DNA of 64,000 bases from Takakia lepidozioides (lineage: Eukaryota > Plantae > Bryophyta): positions 45,384,001 to 45,448,000 of the forward strand of contig CM060734.1 in the NCBI GenBank assembly GCA_030704615.1, in the 5' to 3' direction. Below are positions 1-13,975 of the stretch, one piece after another; the first letter of the stretch is position 1, and every line of letters begins with the position of its first letter. Under the pieces are notes generated by a model that made no database searches, was not told where the DNA came from, and saw only the letters and a list, made by a program, of their open reading frames with translations. A program made the translations under genes and the position numbers.

Positions 1-1150
1 CCAACTACCACACGGAGAGGCAAGCGGACGTTCCTATGCTCCCCTCCCACACTCCCTTCTCTTAAGCCCAGGAAGCTTGCATGATCAGACATCGTATTCT
101 ACCTCCCTCTCTCTCCTGCCAACGACAAGTCTCAGCCACTGCAACATTTGCAGAACACTAAACCGAATTGTTTCAGCTGTGGAGTGTGATTCATTCCTTG
201 GGACGTAGTCCTCACTTACTCATGCAATCAACCCACTTCAGGATTGCCGAGATCTGGAGATTCACCCCGTGTGAAAGGTCTAACGACTGACCTTGATAGA
301 ACCTCATTTGGTCATTTGCAGAGGTTGGGGAATACGAGGCGAATTGGTTAAGGCAGGATCCACAAAGATGATGGTGCAGAGCTGGCATGATCCAGCACAG
401 ATGATTGCACAGAACTTAAGGGGCTCCCATCCGCAGAACATTCAAGCATCGACAGCGAGCTCCGCTGGGCGAGCGGAGTTTTGCACGAGAGGCATCGGTT
501 TCCAGCTCCGCTGTCATGCTCAGACTTCCCTTAAGGTGATTCGCATTTTTCTGTAATGATGTTGTTCGAGGGATTTGATGATGACGGAGAAACCGGAGCC
601 CTGTACTCGGACACATTCGAGCTGCTCATGGGTTTGGTTTTGGATTCTGTGAAGGTGGATTGAATACCAAATCAAAGAAAGAAGGAAAGTTTGTAATGCA
701 GGCTGGAACGAGGAGAAAGAAGACATACAAAAAGGAAACAAGCAAAAAGAATTCCTGGCCTTCGCCCCTTACAAGTATCAGAACGTTGGATCCAGCACTG
801 GTTATACTTAGCACCAACATAATAGATGTGGCTGTAGGTGCACCGCCAGTCACACTGTTAGGGACTAGAGAGGTAGAGTGATTCCTGGCAGATTCTTCAT
901 CTGCCCAACATGGCTTCAGTCAGCACTGCATTGGGGCACTTTTTCTAATTTGGATAAAAGATAGAGAGAGATGTCGATGGGCATTTGAATGTGTATTGCA
1001 ACTGAAATGATTGCAAACAGATAGTAATTTGGTCATCTACCTGAAGCTTTGGGTGTTGCATAGTGGATTGTCAGCTACAAATCACTACGATGGAGCATTT
1101 ACTTAAACCTCCCTGTCGATTTACAGAGCGAGTTTCTGGGAGGTTTAAGG

Positions 1151-4100
1151 ATGCAATGGACAACATCGCCGATGCAGTGCAGACAAAGGGTACAAAAATA
1201 TCCCACAGGAATACAGATGACTCTACTTGATGAAATGCCCTTGCTAACAAAGGCTCCCACCATCGCTACGCCGAGCAAAGCCCTGGTAATCTCATCCTTG
1301 TCCTACTTATGTCTGTGTGGACTGTTTATTGCATCCCAGTTTTAACTAAGACCTTGGTGCAATTTGTAGAATAGCAGAGAAGAGGGTGACAATCAAGATC
1401 AATAACATACTCATATTAGACCTGGGTCCAAACAGAGTATCAAAGGGAGGAAATGAAATGAAATGAAATGGTACTTTATAACGTCCGCAGACAGGCCGGG
1501 ACAGTTTCGGAGAGTGCAGATAAAACAGTCGATGGGATACTTACAACCGTAGCTGAAAGATGATTACATGCATTTTCAAATTTTGCTTGCAGTACGTTTT
1601 TGCCAGCAGAAATCCTCCCTATCCACCTTGTGGCTTTGAATCTGTGGCCTGTTTGGGCAAAGTAAAACGAGGAGAAAAGGAGTAGGGTTTAGGACAGAAG
1701 CATAGGAGAGAGACAGAGTGTACCGAGCATTGACAGTTCCTGCAATCATAGGCTATGAGGACATAGTCCACGCGGGCACACTAACCCTGTCTTGGTCTGA
1801 GATTTCTGCCCAGTGTGAGACTCAACCCTGTAATTGTCCAATTGCAGGAAATTGTGTGTTGATGTATGCGTTGTCTTTGACATTGGACTAGACAGCATGA
1901 AGCCCTCTAGGTCAAAATAAATGCGGCTAGTGAGAGGATGCACTTGGAAGTTAGACTTTGCCTGCCATAAATCCCTTGCCAGTTTGGGCAGGGCAGACGG
2001 GCGATAGAATGGGAGGGATGGGAAAGGGACGGGAGGTGAACGGAGCCCACCACCATCATAGAAGCATCATCCCATAGTGGGACTTACTTTTGGGCCTGTT
2101 GGTGATAATTTCTTCTTTCTTTCTCCCTTTACACTGATTCTGGAGACCATCTCCATTCTTAGCATCCATTAAAGAGAGAAAGCAATAGAGCTTGTTTTTG
2201 TATGCTTCACTACCTTGTTAACGAAGTTCCTTCTGTTGGGAAATGCTGCACCATTGTCTGACCTGGAAATTTTGCTTGCTTTGATGCACTTCTGCAGGCA
2301 TACGAGCTTGTGCAAGGGGCTTTGGTATGTTGGCTCCCCTTTCCACATAAATTTGATACAACAAAGGGTTTAGGAAGTCAAGGCGTATATGGATTATCAG
2401 CAAAGATTGCAAACTTAACACGATGTAAAGTTGCCACTCCCTTCTGTGGAATGTGTTCGTATAGCTGGACAACGGTCTGTAGTGAGAGGTTCCTTCCAGT
2501 CATGTAGTTGGCCATAATAGATGTTTATTCAACTATTAGGTTTATCTCATTGTTTCTTGTCTGGATTCCCTTTGATCATGACAGACACGCTGGAGTGAAG
2601 TGCCAACCAGGGGAAATCATGAGGTCCCCACTGCAGTGTTTCTTCATGGCATCTTGGGTGGACGGCGAAACTGGGGTACCTCTGTCTTTCTTTCTCTTCC
2701 TCACCTCTCAAATTATCCAGTGTGGTGAAAGTCTTCTCAAGGAAAAATAAATGGAAAGATTAAAAAAATCACCTTGTTGTGCAGGGGCTTCTCCTATGGT
2801 GGTGGCTTACATCTCTCTCTCTCCTGCCATTCCCTTCTATCTTTGCATCTCTCTCTGAATTAGCCACTAGTTGTACTGGCGGAAGGTTGGACACTCATAT
2901 TGGACTCCAGTCATATGGGACTCTCCCTCGCTACCCCTCCTTTTTGTTTCTCCCTCTCTTTTCTCCTTGTCACCCTCGGTGGAGTTGCACTCGTGTCACT
3001 CTAAAGAAAAGTTGGAGTGCAGGGAGTCAATTTTGCTATAATTTGTTAAGTGCGATTGATGTGGGTGTGCAGCATCATTTGCCAAGAGACTAGCACAGGA
3101 GTTCCCAAGATGGCAGGTATAGAATACCTCTTCATTGTTGAACTAGTGGGAAAACAATTTTCATGTACTCAAAAGCCAGAGCTGTTGTGCTTTATCATGC
3201 TCATGCAAGTTTGTTGTGGTGAGACATCGATCTTGTCTTTCTGAAGTTAAGGCAGGCTATTTATTTACTGTTGGCAGGGTTATAGATTGTATCGTAGATC
3301 AAACTGCAGCCAATGTGTCCTTCTCATCTTTTCAGAGTAGATTGTTTTTGCGGGCATGTGGAAGACTAAAACGCCATATGTTTCCCATAAACCAAAATAA
3401 GATGGATAATCAGGAGAAGGGGCAACAAATCAGAGTCTTTTGTTTGGTCTGCAGCGGATTTTAATTGTAGGGTAAGTTGGGCAGTTTCTGTTGGTAGATT
3501 TGCGGTGCCATGGAGATTCTTCATCTATTCGCAAGCGAGGCCCTCATTCGGTTGCCTCTGCTGCCCGTGATGTTCTTCAACTTGTACGTACCTCTGATCT
3601 GATACATTTGTTATATATGTTCTCTTGAGATAGCACAGACGACGACAATCCAGTTGCAAGATTATTAGTGTGCCCACATGCGAGCTGGAGTAGGCTCAGA
3701 CATTGAAGAAAAATCGTCTGAGACTTCAGATTACCAGTTGATGCAGAATAGTGCATTGGCTACTAGGCTATCTTGTAATCTGCAAACAAATTTGTTGCAA
3801 GTCAGAGTACCCTATGTGGTGACATTTGTATTTGTGGCAACAGGTGGGCCAATTGAAGCTAACTCCACGCATTCTCATAGGCCATAGCTTTGGTGGTAAA
3901 GGTATGTTGTCTGTTTGCCTTGCTGTCTGCTATGGCATTCAGTTCTTATTTGTATTTCTGTACTTTCCACCATTCATTCAACTTATCAGAGTCCATGAGG
4001 GCAAGGGGCACTATTGGTTCCATCTGACATACATTTGTGGATAAGCAGTGGCTATGAGCATGGTGGATCAAGCGTCCAAGCCCCTGGCTCGCCCTGTTAG

Positions 4101-6711
4101 GGTATGCTCCTCCCATGCCTCTTTCAGCATCCTTATTTCACAAGTGGTCAAGCCATCATGATCCTTGGTTTGAGAGATATGTAAAGGATGAGATCAAGAA
4201 TGTAACTAGATCGACAAATGTTAGGTTCACTGTGCTTACTATTTTTCTTTTGGCTGAAAAGAGGTATATACTGATTTAATTAGGCACTGCTTTTGGCAGC
4301 ATTTTTGGCATAGACTCTGCCTCAGTCCTCTTTCCCTGGAGGGAAGGAAGCAATTTTGTTACATCCGCTTGAGGCCCCAAAGAACTCAAGTGACACCAAA
4401 CACACAAAGCTGAACAAAACCATAGAGATGCTTTGACATGCTGGCAAAATAGAATCATAGAAAGAGATTTGAGAGTTCAAATTTTGGCAGAAGGCAGGTC
4501 ACACTACACAACACTGCAGTAAAAAAGAACGTAGTTGGGTCAGTTGATATTGACATGGACCCTCTCTACAAAGTGCCCAGCAGCTAAGAATTCTAGAAGG
4601 GGTACAGGTGTGGGTTCTAGATGCAACCCCTGGCAGGGTTCGTGCAGGAGGGGATGGCGAGGATCATCCAGCTGAGCTCATCGCATCCCTTCGTCAAATG
4701 CCCCCTCTGGTATACTTGCTGTTTGTTTGCAGTGCTTCAGTAAGCCTATGTTGCAGGTTGGGTTGTCAACCCAGCTAGAAACAAGGGTGGTTACATATGA
4801 ACTTGTTAAGGAATGGTTGGGTTTTTAGGATGATATTCAAGTCGGTAGACCATTTCTGGGGGTAGCAAGGGGATGGCAGTAGGGAATCTGGACCACCCCA
4901 GAAAATTTCTTATCCGACTGAAGGAGCCCTGTATTTCTCATTTGATGGAAAAATCTCCTTTGGAGAAAGAGGATGGGACGGGAATAGGCAGTATTCTCCT
5001 TCATGCAAGGAGACCTCCTCCTTTGTTATTCATCAGAGGGTCAAACTGCAGATGCTTAGACTTCGGACCACCATAGATGGAGATAGTATGCTCTTGCAAA
5101 GTTGCATTGTTGGAAACCTATGTATGTGATTTTTCCTTGCTAATGGAAATTGCTTGCAGGTATCGTCACGGCGAACATTGACTGAAGCCCTATCTGTCAG
5201 GGGTTTCTCTGCTGGCATTGCGCAGGTACACATTAGAACTGAGCTGTACAAACAGTGGCCAAAAAATAATTGTTAACTACAATCCATTTATGCTCACATT
5301 GGCTACACCTTGGATGTATGTTGGGATGGATGAAATAACAGGTCGCATCAATTTTTAGATATATTCTGCATTTTAGTCTTCTGTGCCTCAGCTCCCTTAC
5401 TCATCTTGAAAAAAAAATTGGTACATGGGTGGGACTTTGTTCTACAGTGGATGGCCACAAATCTGTGCCCTGTTTCAAGGCCAAATGAAGGAAAGAGCCC
5501 TGGATACACATGGGTGTTCGATTTGGAGGGTATTGCTGAGATGTACCGCTCTTATGAAGACACTAACCTTTGGTATGGCCAATTCATGCACATTTGACTT
5601 GGCTTGCTGCTTCCACCTCTACCTCTCCTAAAAGTAGCTTTAACTGAAGTAGCTGTGAACCTTTTGGAGCAAGTCTCCTTGTGATAGTTTCCCCAAGGAT
5701 GATTCGTTTAGCATCAACTCTGCCCAAGCTGTAACAGCTGATTGATCTATGGATAATGTTGTTTTCAGCGTTGACCTATCCAAGGCCAAGCAGCCCTTGA
5801 TGTCCTGTCCTGTATTGTTTGGCAGGCCTGTAGTAGACAACGTTCCAGAGGGTATCCACATAGATTTTCTTAGGGCTGAGCGAAGCCTCCACAGATGGGC
5901 CCATGATGATGTTCAGCGCATTCACACTGCAGAGATGGCTGCATCAGCCAAAGGAGGGGGTGTACAAATGCACGTTCTGGAAGATGCTGGGCATTGGGTG
6001 AGTAATCTATGTGGGTGACCCAGCTTTCCATACAATAACGACTAATAAATGATGGTGTGTATGATGTATGGATGGCTGCTGGTGATTGTGACATCTGCCC
6101 GATGCTTTCAAGCCGCTGGGCACTAGGGACTTCTCATTCTTGTAGTCCCAATAAGTAGAGGGGTGAGATCATTTTCTACTGCTCCCTGTGAAAGTTGCAT
6201 TCCATGTATATCCCGGAAGGCGTGGGATGCACATGTAAAACAACAAGAGAAATGAAATGAAATGAAATGGTGCTTTATAACGTCCGCAGAAAGCTTGTAG
6301 AATCCCCAGAATCACTTCCCAAGGATGGAGCACTTTGCATGAAAGAGGAAGATCCCAAAAGGAATCAAACTTATAGAGTTGAACATTTCGTTTTGCAGTT
6401 CGATTGACTGTTTAGGGTCTTGGTTCACACCTGCATGATCCACACAATGTGCTTTAGTATCCTTGAGAGACAAGGATGTGTTTTAGGATAAAGATCATGT
6501 AGGTCATATCCATACGGGGTCCATACATTGTTTGTGGACTCTGATATCAACAAGAGACAGGGACACAGACGGAAGGATCATTTAATCCAATTGGGGAGGG
6601 TTTTCAAATTGGCAGGTACACACAGACAACCCAGACGGATTGTTTAGAATTTTGGCGCCCTCGTTTGGAGCTTGGCCTTCCAGCCATCAACGCACAATTT
6701 CTGTTATGTAA
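1151..6711 (+). CDS. ABHD11-like alpha/beta hydrolase (At3g52570-like), 12 exons
   Basis: Manually spliced GT-AG exons: ~1151-1285, 2298-2324, 2585-2675, 3073-3116, 3485-3583, 3844-3901, 4049-4101, 4608-4709, 5160-5225, 5448-5572, 5826-5997, 6616-6711. They give AYELVQGAL, PTAVFLHGILGGRRNW, DLRCHGDS, nucleophile elbow GHSFGGK, VWVLDATPG and DAGHWVHTDNPDGL. The true start may lie upstream of 1151. Confidence 0.9.
1451..2060 (-). mobile_element. 5'-truncated non-LTR retrotransposon 3' end (RTE/RTE-X-like) in intron 1
   Basis: The minus strand ends ...GCGGACGTTATAAAGTACC(ATTTC)n, and the same end recurs at 6249-6296 and 33243-33278. A decayed AIGQL..SH-like C-terminal coding remnant lies near 1810-1850. 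The 5' boundary is approximate. Confidence 0.5.
6249..6296 (-). repeat. very short LINE 3'-end fragment with (ATTTC)n tail
   Basis: GAAATGAAATGAAATGAAATGGTGCTTTATAACGTCCGCAGAAAGCTT is nearly identical to 1451-1490 and similar to 33243-33278. Confidence 0.6.
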
Positions 6712-8499
6712 ACTTGAGAAGATGTCTACTAGGAATTGAAGGGCCCATGTTACAGATTGTTCTACCCTCAAGTGTGTTCAATGGACTCTAGGGGGCAGTG
6801 TGGCTAGTGCACTGTCAAGGTTACACCCTGTAAGTCCCCCAAGGGATGGTTGTGGTATGTAGTGTTAACATGGGTACTTCAACCTGCTATCAGTGACAGG
6901 CATTGAAATTTACTGAACACCATCATTCTTCTTTTCAAGATCCCGCAGTTATCCACAGTACCTCCTCACAAGCTGCACTTACGAAACTGACGCTATCTCT
7001 CGAGTTGAAGTTTTGCAGAAGAGCTGCAGAAAACTGAATAGCAGTTACAACTTGCATGTTTCTCTTGCTCCTTACGTGCTTTCATGTTGGCAAGATCTGT
7101 CACGAATTAGAGACTGGTCAACAGTCATTGTTGGGAGCTTTGAAAGGGTTTGTGTAGCATGCTCACAAGTTGATTTGAAAGGAAAATCAAATGATAGGAC
7201 GCTCAAACAGCCTATGGACAAAATAAAACGATGCACCCTCCACAAAACAACTATTGCTCCAGAGATTGTGTAAGAGTGAATCTCATGCAACTTTATTGTC
7301 ACATGCCACTTGAACCAACCACCCCATCATACCTATTACCATGTACATGCAGTTGATCACCCCATGCAAGTGCTGAGCCATAGTGGTGAGAGATTTGATG
7401 GTGGCGAGATATATGTTTTAAAAGCAGATGGCTGTAGCACATTTCAGTAAGTGGAGGTTGTTGTGGAGAAATTTGAGACTATGTGTATGTATCTCGCACT
7501 TCCCCCTCCTGAAGCTACAGTCTCCTATAATATAAAGTCATACCTAAGTAGTCATACATGTGGAAATACATGAGAAATACATGGTTAGCAGCCATTGAGC
7601 TCGGAAGATTGTGAGACTACCTCTCTCCTTCATACATACTGGGATTCCTCGTGTGGTGACCCGTGTTGTGGCAAGTGAGAGAGGCTCTCCTCGTTCCTTG
7701 CACCCACACCCTAAACCCTCAGCAATACAATGCAGAGCTTCCATGTTATTGCCATGCTAGTCATTTATGGACCCCAACTGGCAACATTCAGGAAGCAGAT
7801 GCAATCCAAAGTGGAGGCTTGACCAACGTGGCATTCAATCCCAGAGATTCTAGATCCTTGACGGCGAAATTAAGAGACGGTACCTGCACATTGGACCCGA
7901 TTATATTTGCTTCTTGTAGCAGTGCACAGGAAATCCTGAAGAGAGCCCACACAGAGCTTCCTGTCAAAACCAGCATGAACATTATTCACACTTCCAAACA
8001 CACGAATCTGCAGAGAGCTCTCTAAAATTTTTATCCGAAAAGGCCAATAGTAGTCCAAATGGCTCTTGGTTTGGTCATTGTCTTCTCTCTTTAAGGACAG
8101 TACGTTCAGGCCTAGGGATAGTAGTCCCAAAAAGATACAACATCAACTACAAATAGGTTTTGATGGTGGGTATCAACTTATTGTTTATATACAAATAACT
8201 ACCATACCTACCCTTTTCAAACTTGTTGTAGGTGATACCTATTATTAATTATCAATATTTACCTTGGCACCTATCTCTATTCAAGGAGATTCATGTGCAA
8301 ATTATCCAAATGCTTTTGATACATGCGGCTGTGATATGATTGCATCACTCATGTTTGCATGATGTCTTGATCTTTATCTGTTGTCTTCATGGTCTTAGCC
8401 TTGTCGCTTCAATTCATCTTCATCTTCATGTATTTACTTTTGAGTTTTGAGTTTTGAGTGAAGCGCTTTGGCTTCCGTTGAAGTGCTATCCATTTCTGA

Positions 8500-9619
8500 T
8501 TGCAATGAGGCCATTTAGAATTGTGTTGTTGGCACAATTCTTCAAACTTGTTTTGCAAGCCCAAAAATTATTGTTATTGTGCCATGAAGAAGAAACGTTC
8601 AATATGTTAAATTGGTTTTACGTTTGACTTGAACACCGTTTTTTCCATTAGGTGACTCTAATAGCAAAGATGGTTTTGAAACGATGACAAATGCTCTTAT
8701 TTGCATAACTAGAGGCTATCATGTGTCTACGACTTGTTGTTCAGCAAGGACCTAGCTATATACCACACATGCTTCTGTCTAGTAGTGGCTAGGAGAGACA
8801 CTAGAAATAGAACATGATTCCTTTGTGAGTAGCCTATGTTCCTTTGACCCTCTCTATTGCGCTCATCTGCAATGCGCTTTCTACAATCTTTGATTATGTG
8901 ACCAAGTTTCTTGCAATAAAAACACTTTACTTTGGACTGTTTGAACTTTGAGCTAGATTGAGATTTCTGAAATCTCTGGGACTTCTGAGACACATGTGAA
9001 TGGAGTCTTCTTTTCTGGACTACTCCAGTCTTGCCCGTGAACAAAGCTTTGTCTACCTCTGTAGACGTACCTTGACCTTTTCTTCTTGTTTCCTCCTTGA
9101 GAAAAAATCCTATGACAACATCAATAGTTAAGTTGATTTCCCACTTCCACTTCCCCTTCCCTAGAACTAACCATTCACTTCGTTGAATTTGCATACTGTC
9201 ATGACCAATACTCAACCCCCTCTAACCTAGAGAAACGACAAAAATATGTCTCCCTCATCCTCGCCATCCGCCAGCGTGGAATATGGCGCACCGGCCCCCT
9301 ATCAATTATCACAGCCGATATTAGAGGTGGGATTCATACTGCCAGTATAAACGTACACGACAATCTTAAAATCCTTATCTCTCCAATCCACAAATACTTT
9401 AAAGCCATCCACCTCACTGCGATTCGTTCCCTCACTGCCATCATCACTAATAAGCGACAACTCGAGTCCAACCCCTCTGCGGTACCCTAGGCACCGCTAC
9501 CCTATTTACTACCTCCCCCTGGTTACCCGGTGTCCCCTGGACACCTGTTTTCTTTATAGGGCCCACCCCCGAAAGGGGGTAAGGCAAAGTGACTCTTAGT
9601 TACGCCGGCTTTGGCCGGA

Positions 9620-9667
<48 letters not shown>

Positions 9668-10579
9668 GTTGATTTGTCATGCTAGGGACACCACAAAACC
9701 ATCATAGGATTTAGGTAAGGTTGCTAACACCACCACAGCGGTGTGTTCATCAGTCACAATAATCCCCACAGAGACTAGTTGATCTCGCAACACACAAAAC
9801 AAATTCAAGTGTTGTTCAACCGAATCTGACTCAGTCATCTTTAGACCATAGAACTTTTGCGTCGCATACCCCTGTGATGTGATATCCTTCGTCTCATATA
9901 TGCTTTCTAGCTTATCCCAAGCATCCTTAAGTATTCTTAACACTTATAACGAAATGCAACTTATTGTCTCTCAAGCTTGTAATGATGCTAGCTCTTGCTT
10001 TCTGATCTTTCCTATCCCATGTGGCTTGGCCAACAATAGTGTCAGGTCTTGGGACTGATCCATCAACTACTCCCCATAGATCTTTGTCTAGAAGGACCAT
10101 CTTCATCTTAAACTTCCAAGTTTGATAGTTAGTTCCATTAAATCGATATTCCACTCTTACGTCAAATGCACTCGTCATAACACGACATTTGAGAAGGATT
10201 ACTAGAAGACGACGCTCCATCCATGATCAAAGTTCTCTCAACTCAACTTCAAACTCTTACCTAGAAAAGAATGGCTCTGATACCATGTTAGAATTGATAG
10301 CAAGAACAAGAACTAAAGTCTTAGGCTAAAGCTCTCCCAACCATAGAAACCACTATCATACTCTTTCACTTCGACTAACTAGTGGCTTCACCCCTGAGCT
10401 TAATCAAGAAGGTCTCTAGAAAGTTTAGATCATCTCTATGATTTACTTGATCACTTCCACTTCCTACTATGGTGACCATTCACCTTCTAATATTTTACCT
10501 TCCAATGGTAATCTAAACAAGGTAATCTCTTAGTCTTCTAGACCTTTAGCCTTCTAGATATGTTTAATTACTTCCAACA
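8500..10579 (-). mobile_element. truncated Ty1/Copia LTR retrotransposon (5' LTR, PBS, decayed gag-protease)
   Basis: LTR 10286-10579 with termini TGTTAGAA...TTCCAACA. tRNA-iMet PBS TGGTATCAGAGC at 10274-10285 on the minus strand. Gag motifs FNGTNYQTWKFKMKMVL...DLWGVVDG and AWDKLESIY, plus CCHC knuckle CFYCKKLGHIIKDC. Frameshifts and stops present; no second LTR found. The 3' boundary is approximate. Confidence 0.85.
9140..9663 (+). mobile_element. 5'-truncated Dualen/RandI-like LINE (restriction-like endonuclease C-terminus) inserted in Copia gag
   Basis: 12-bp TSD TTAAGTTGATTT at 9128-9139 and 9664-9675, and a (CT)n tail at 9623-9663. An open Met-less frame 9140-9490 reads LTIHFVEFAYCHDQY...EKRQKYVSLILAIRQRGIW...IITADIRGGIH...NKRQLE. 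Removing the insert rejoins the Copia gag sequence. Confidence 0.7.
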
Positions 10580-12640
10580 GCCACCCATCTTTTCACCAAC
10601 CCAGCCCAAGCTTATGTCCCACCCCACACCGAGTCTATGGCAGCTAGCTGTGCCCCCCCTCAACCCCTGGAACCTGTACATTGTCTAGGGTTGTCAAACG
10701 TCAACCGCGGTCCATGTGCTTCGGACTATCGCCCAACCCTCCAGTGGTTGCCATGCAAGTTCCTGCGCATTTAAGGGGTATTGGGATGTGTGTGGGGTAG
10801 CCACTCTTATGGAAACCTTACCCTAACCTAACCGCGGTTGCCACGCAAGCTGCCACTCGCGCAAAAACAGGCCAAAAAGCATGTGTTACCCCCCACGTTG
10901 GGGGTTCTTATTCCCTGTATATTCTATTTTTTAGATTGGCCGAAATTATTGTATGTAATAACTTTTCTCCTATCAAATGAGCCAAAATTGATTCAAAGTG
11001 GAGTTAATTCTAGTAAAAATTGGGCAGTTAAAGAAACCTAACCGACCCATTATGGGTTGCTTTGGCACTTAAGGATTAACCCCTAAGCGTGTGGGGAGCA
11101 TTTTGGCGGGTGCAAGAATTGAGAGTCGGGATAAGCAAATCATAACAAAAATGCATTGTAGTTTTTTCAACTCCAAACAAGTATTATTGGAAAAAAGTAG
11201 TTTGACCATGGTCAATTTTCAAATTTAATTTTTTTTCCTAAGGGAATGATCTCCATATTGAGAGGTGTCTCTCCAAATTTGAGGACCAAATTCTCATGTG
11301 GCCCTTTTGTATGTCCAATAAGAGGGATAAATTGATATTTTATGCTTAGCCAAATTTTAAGACCAAGCGGGACTTACCCTCCATAATCTCACTCTCGAGA
11401 GGGGGTGGGACATGCCAAAATTCGGCGTACCGTCCTATCATAGATCGCATGTATGCATTAAGTTCCTTCATTATTCCCAATGTTCTCTGCTGTAAAATGT
11501 GTAACCAGGGTCAACCGGTTACTTAATGTGTAGGTATCTAGGGACTTTCGAGTCCTTGGGGGAGGTCTGGTAACCATATTCTTCCAATTACAACTTTTAA
11601 AAGGTGTCCAATTTCAGTTACGTTTGCTTCGGCAAGAGTCTTCATTCCTTCTACAGTTATTGTCAATATTATCTTCATTGAACATTTGATTTTTTTATTT
11701 CGTTTGTGTATTGAGCTGCACCAATGTTGATCTAGTATTAGGTCCAACCCCATATATGAACTTGTGAGATGTTAATCCTAGTATTAATCTATCGTATCAG
11801 TCAACCTAATCAATACCATGTTATACCATTTTTATATTTGGCTCATTTTACAATACCTGATCTTAGGTTTGGTGTTTCGGAAATTTGTTGCGCAGTCGCA
11901 CGGGTATTATGTGAAATGCTTGTATGGTTGGTGTCAAATCTAGTAGCGAAGGAGATATTTTGGCATTCACACAGATTTTATAAAGCTACATCCCCACCGG
12001 TAGTATCATTATTGTACCTCACTGCATGCCACCTCTTCTAATTTGCCTACAATCCAAAAGGTAGGAAAAACATATAAATGGCCGGGTGGTTTTGACCAGT
12101 GTTGGCATATATATTGACTTGGAACATGAAGCAGTGACTTCCGATATCAGTCCTTACGGCACCCCTTTGGAGATTATTTTTTCCTTTTGTTTTTTTAATA
12201 TGATGTACAAGGGCCTTTATCTTCTTTTATTTAAAAAAAAATACCAATCAGGTCTAAGAAATCCAATTTTGCATTGTTTGAAAGAGACTGGCCCCATATA
12301 TTTATCATATACAGTTTCCCAAATTTTCAATTTCACTTTGACATATATAAATCATGTCTTTTATCATATGTCACTAAGACTAGTATGTCTTAAGTGATAT
12401 TATTCCATATATCAACCCGGGTCCTGATACTATAACCAATAAAATAAATAGATTTTAGTAAAATTTATCATGTACATTACCAATGAGACTCAAATATTTC
12501 TATTGTAAAGAAATTAGACAATTCAAAAGTGATAAAATAAACTCGTGAACTTAGCCTATCCACATCATATATTGTTAATTTTCTTTAATTTTCTTGTTAA
12601 TTTTTTTTCATATATGAATATGTAAAAATTACCTATAACT

Positions 12641-12960
12641 TTAAAAAACCATGCTTATGTGAATAACCAATACTTGACAAATATGACGATAACTGCAATG
12701 GTTGCTTTGCGGCCTAAAATGTAGCAATGTATTTTGCCTCAATTGATGACATAACACTTGTAGATTGTATCTTGTTGCTCCCACTAGTTGTACCAAAGAC
12801 ATGGTCATAAACAATGACAATACCAACATTTTCAGGCCAATCTGCATCACAATAGCCACACATCTCTTTGCTCTTACAAGCAACATTTGAAATACTATGA
12901 ATAGTCTTCATCTCTGAAGTTACCAAATTGTACCTGCGAGGATTATTGTATCATCGTTGT
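12641..12960 (-). mobile_element. decayed Ty1/Copia RNase H remnant
   Basis: CGYCDADW ... KIQSTSVMSSIEAKYIA matches the Copia GY(C/S)DADW...KKQ..VA.ST.EAEY.A motifs. Confidence 0.7.
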
Positions 12961-13975
12961 CTGCGCTATTGGATGCATTATAATTATAGAGTGAGGTTCG
13001 AAAGTATGCTTCTTCTGCCGCTGCCAAATAAAAATTCCTCATTGCTCTCATGCAAGCAGGTCTCAACAGGCGCAGCGACTAGGCAGTTCACACCTCTCTG
13101 AGAGTTCAATCCACCACCACTCTCTAATGCGTGTAGAGGTGAATCTTCTTTTTGCCTAGCTTCCCCAGACCTAATTTGGATTGATACTGCTATACATCTG
13201 ACCAGCTAGACCCAATATCGGTGTGTGAGGTTGAATTCGATAACAATCAAGCTGCTCACTCTTGACAGTGCTACCATAACCCAACTTAAAAAAGTCACAC
13301 ATAAGTCAATAGTATGTTTACCTCAAATGTTGGAGACACTTGTAGGCATGAAATGCTCAACTTTTGGGATGATAACCTTCACCAAATCGTGCGTCGGTAA
13401 TAAGTTCTCTGCAACTGCCACCAACTCACACTTAAGTGTGCCCTTGTGCCAAAAATTGACTTGTACACGAGCACCCATTCCCGAATAAGGATGGAGTGCA
13501 GTGGTAAACTCAAAAGGTCTAGATCCCCTCCCACTCTGGGTTTGCGGATGCGTTCATGCACAAAATCGTCCCCTGACTACATAAAAATGTCTACTCTCTC
13601 CATTCGAAATCATTGAAGGCAATGCCTCCAAGGATCTTCTTAAGAAACTGACAATTGTGGTGTCTTTTTGTATCTCAAAGACCTCAGCAATAAGACACCT
13701 AACCCTTTAGTGAACATATCAAGTCAAGCACGATGAACCAAACAACCCAGTCAAAGTGTTAACCAAGCCCACATTTGACATCCATCACAAGAAGGGCAGT
13801 TACCAGATTCATGTATGCAGAAATTCCAGCTTTGATGATGACAGAAAGGAGTTTCACAACACATGGAGACAAAAACAAGACAAAAGAAAGCCAAGCAAGA
13901 GCATTAGCCCAAAATACAGATGTTGATAACTATACAGATGTCGTGTTCATAGTTTTTCGCCAGCGAATTTAAACC

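Noticed and set aside
1-900. Short ORFs at the window start
   Set aside because: No recognisable domain or splice support. It may be decayed repeat or upstream intron sequence of the hydrolase.
8727-9215. 162-aa ORF treated as a gene
   Set aside because: It is chimeric: the N-terminus is antisense LINE insert and the rest is Copia gag.
11076-11095. TTAA-CCCCTAAGCGTG resembling a piggyBac-like end
   Set aside because: No matching opposite terminus or transposase was found.
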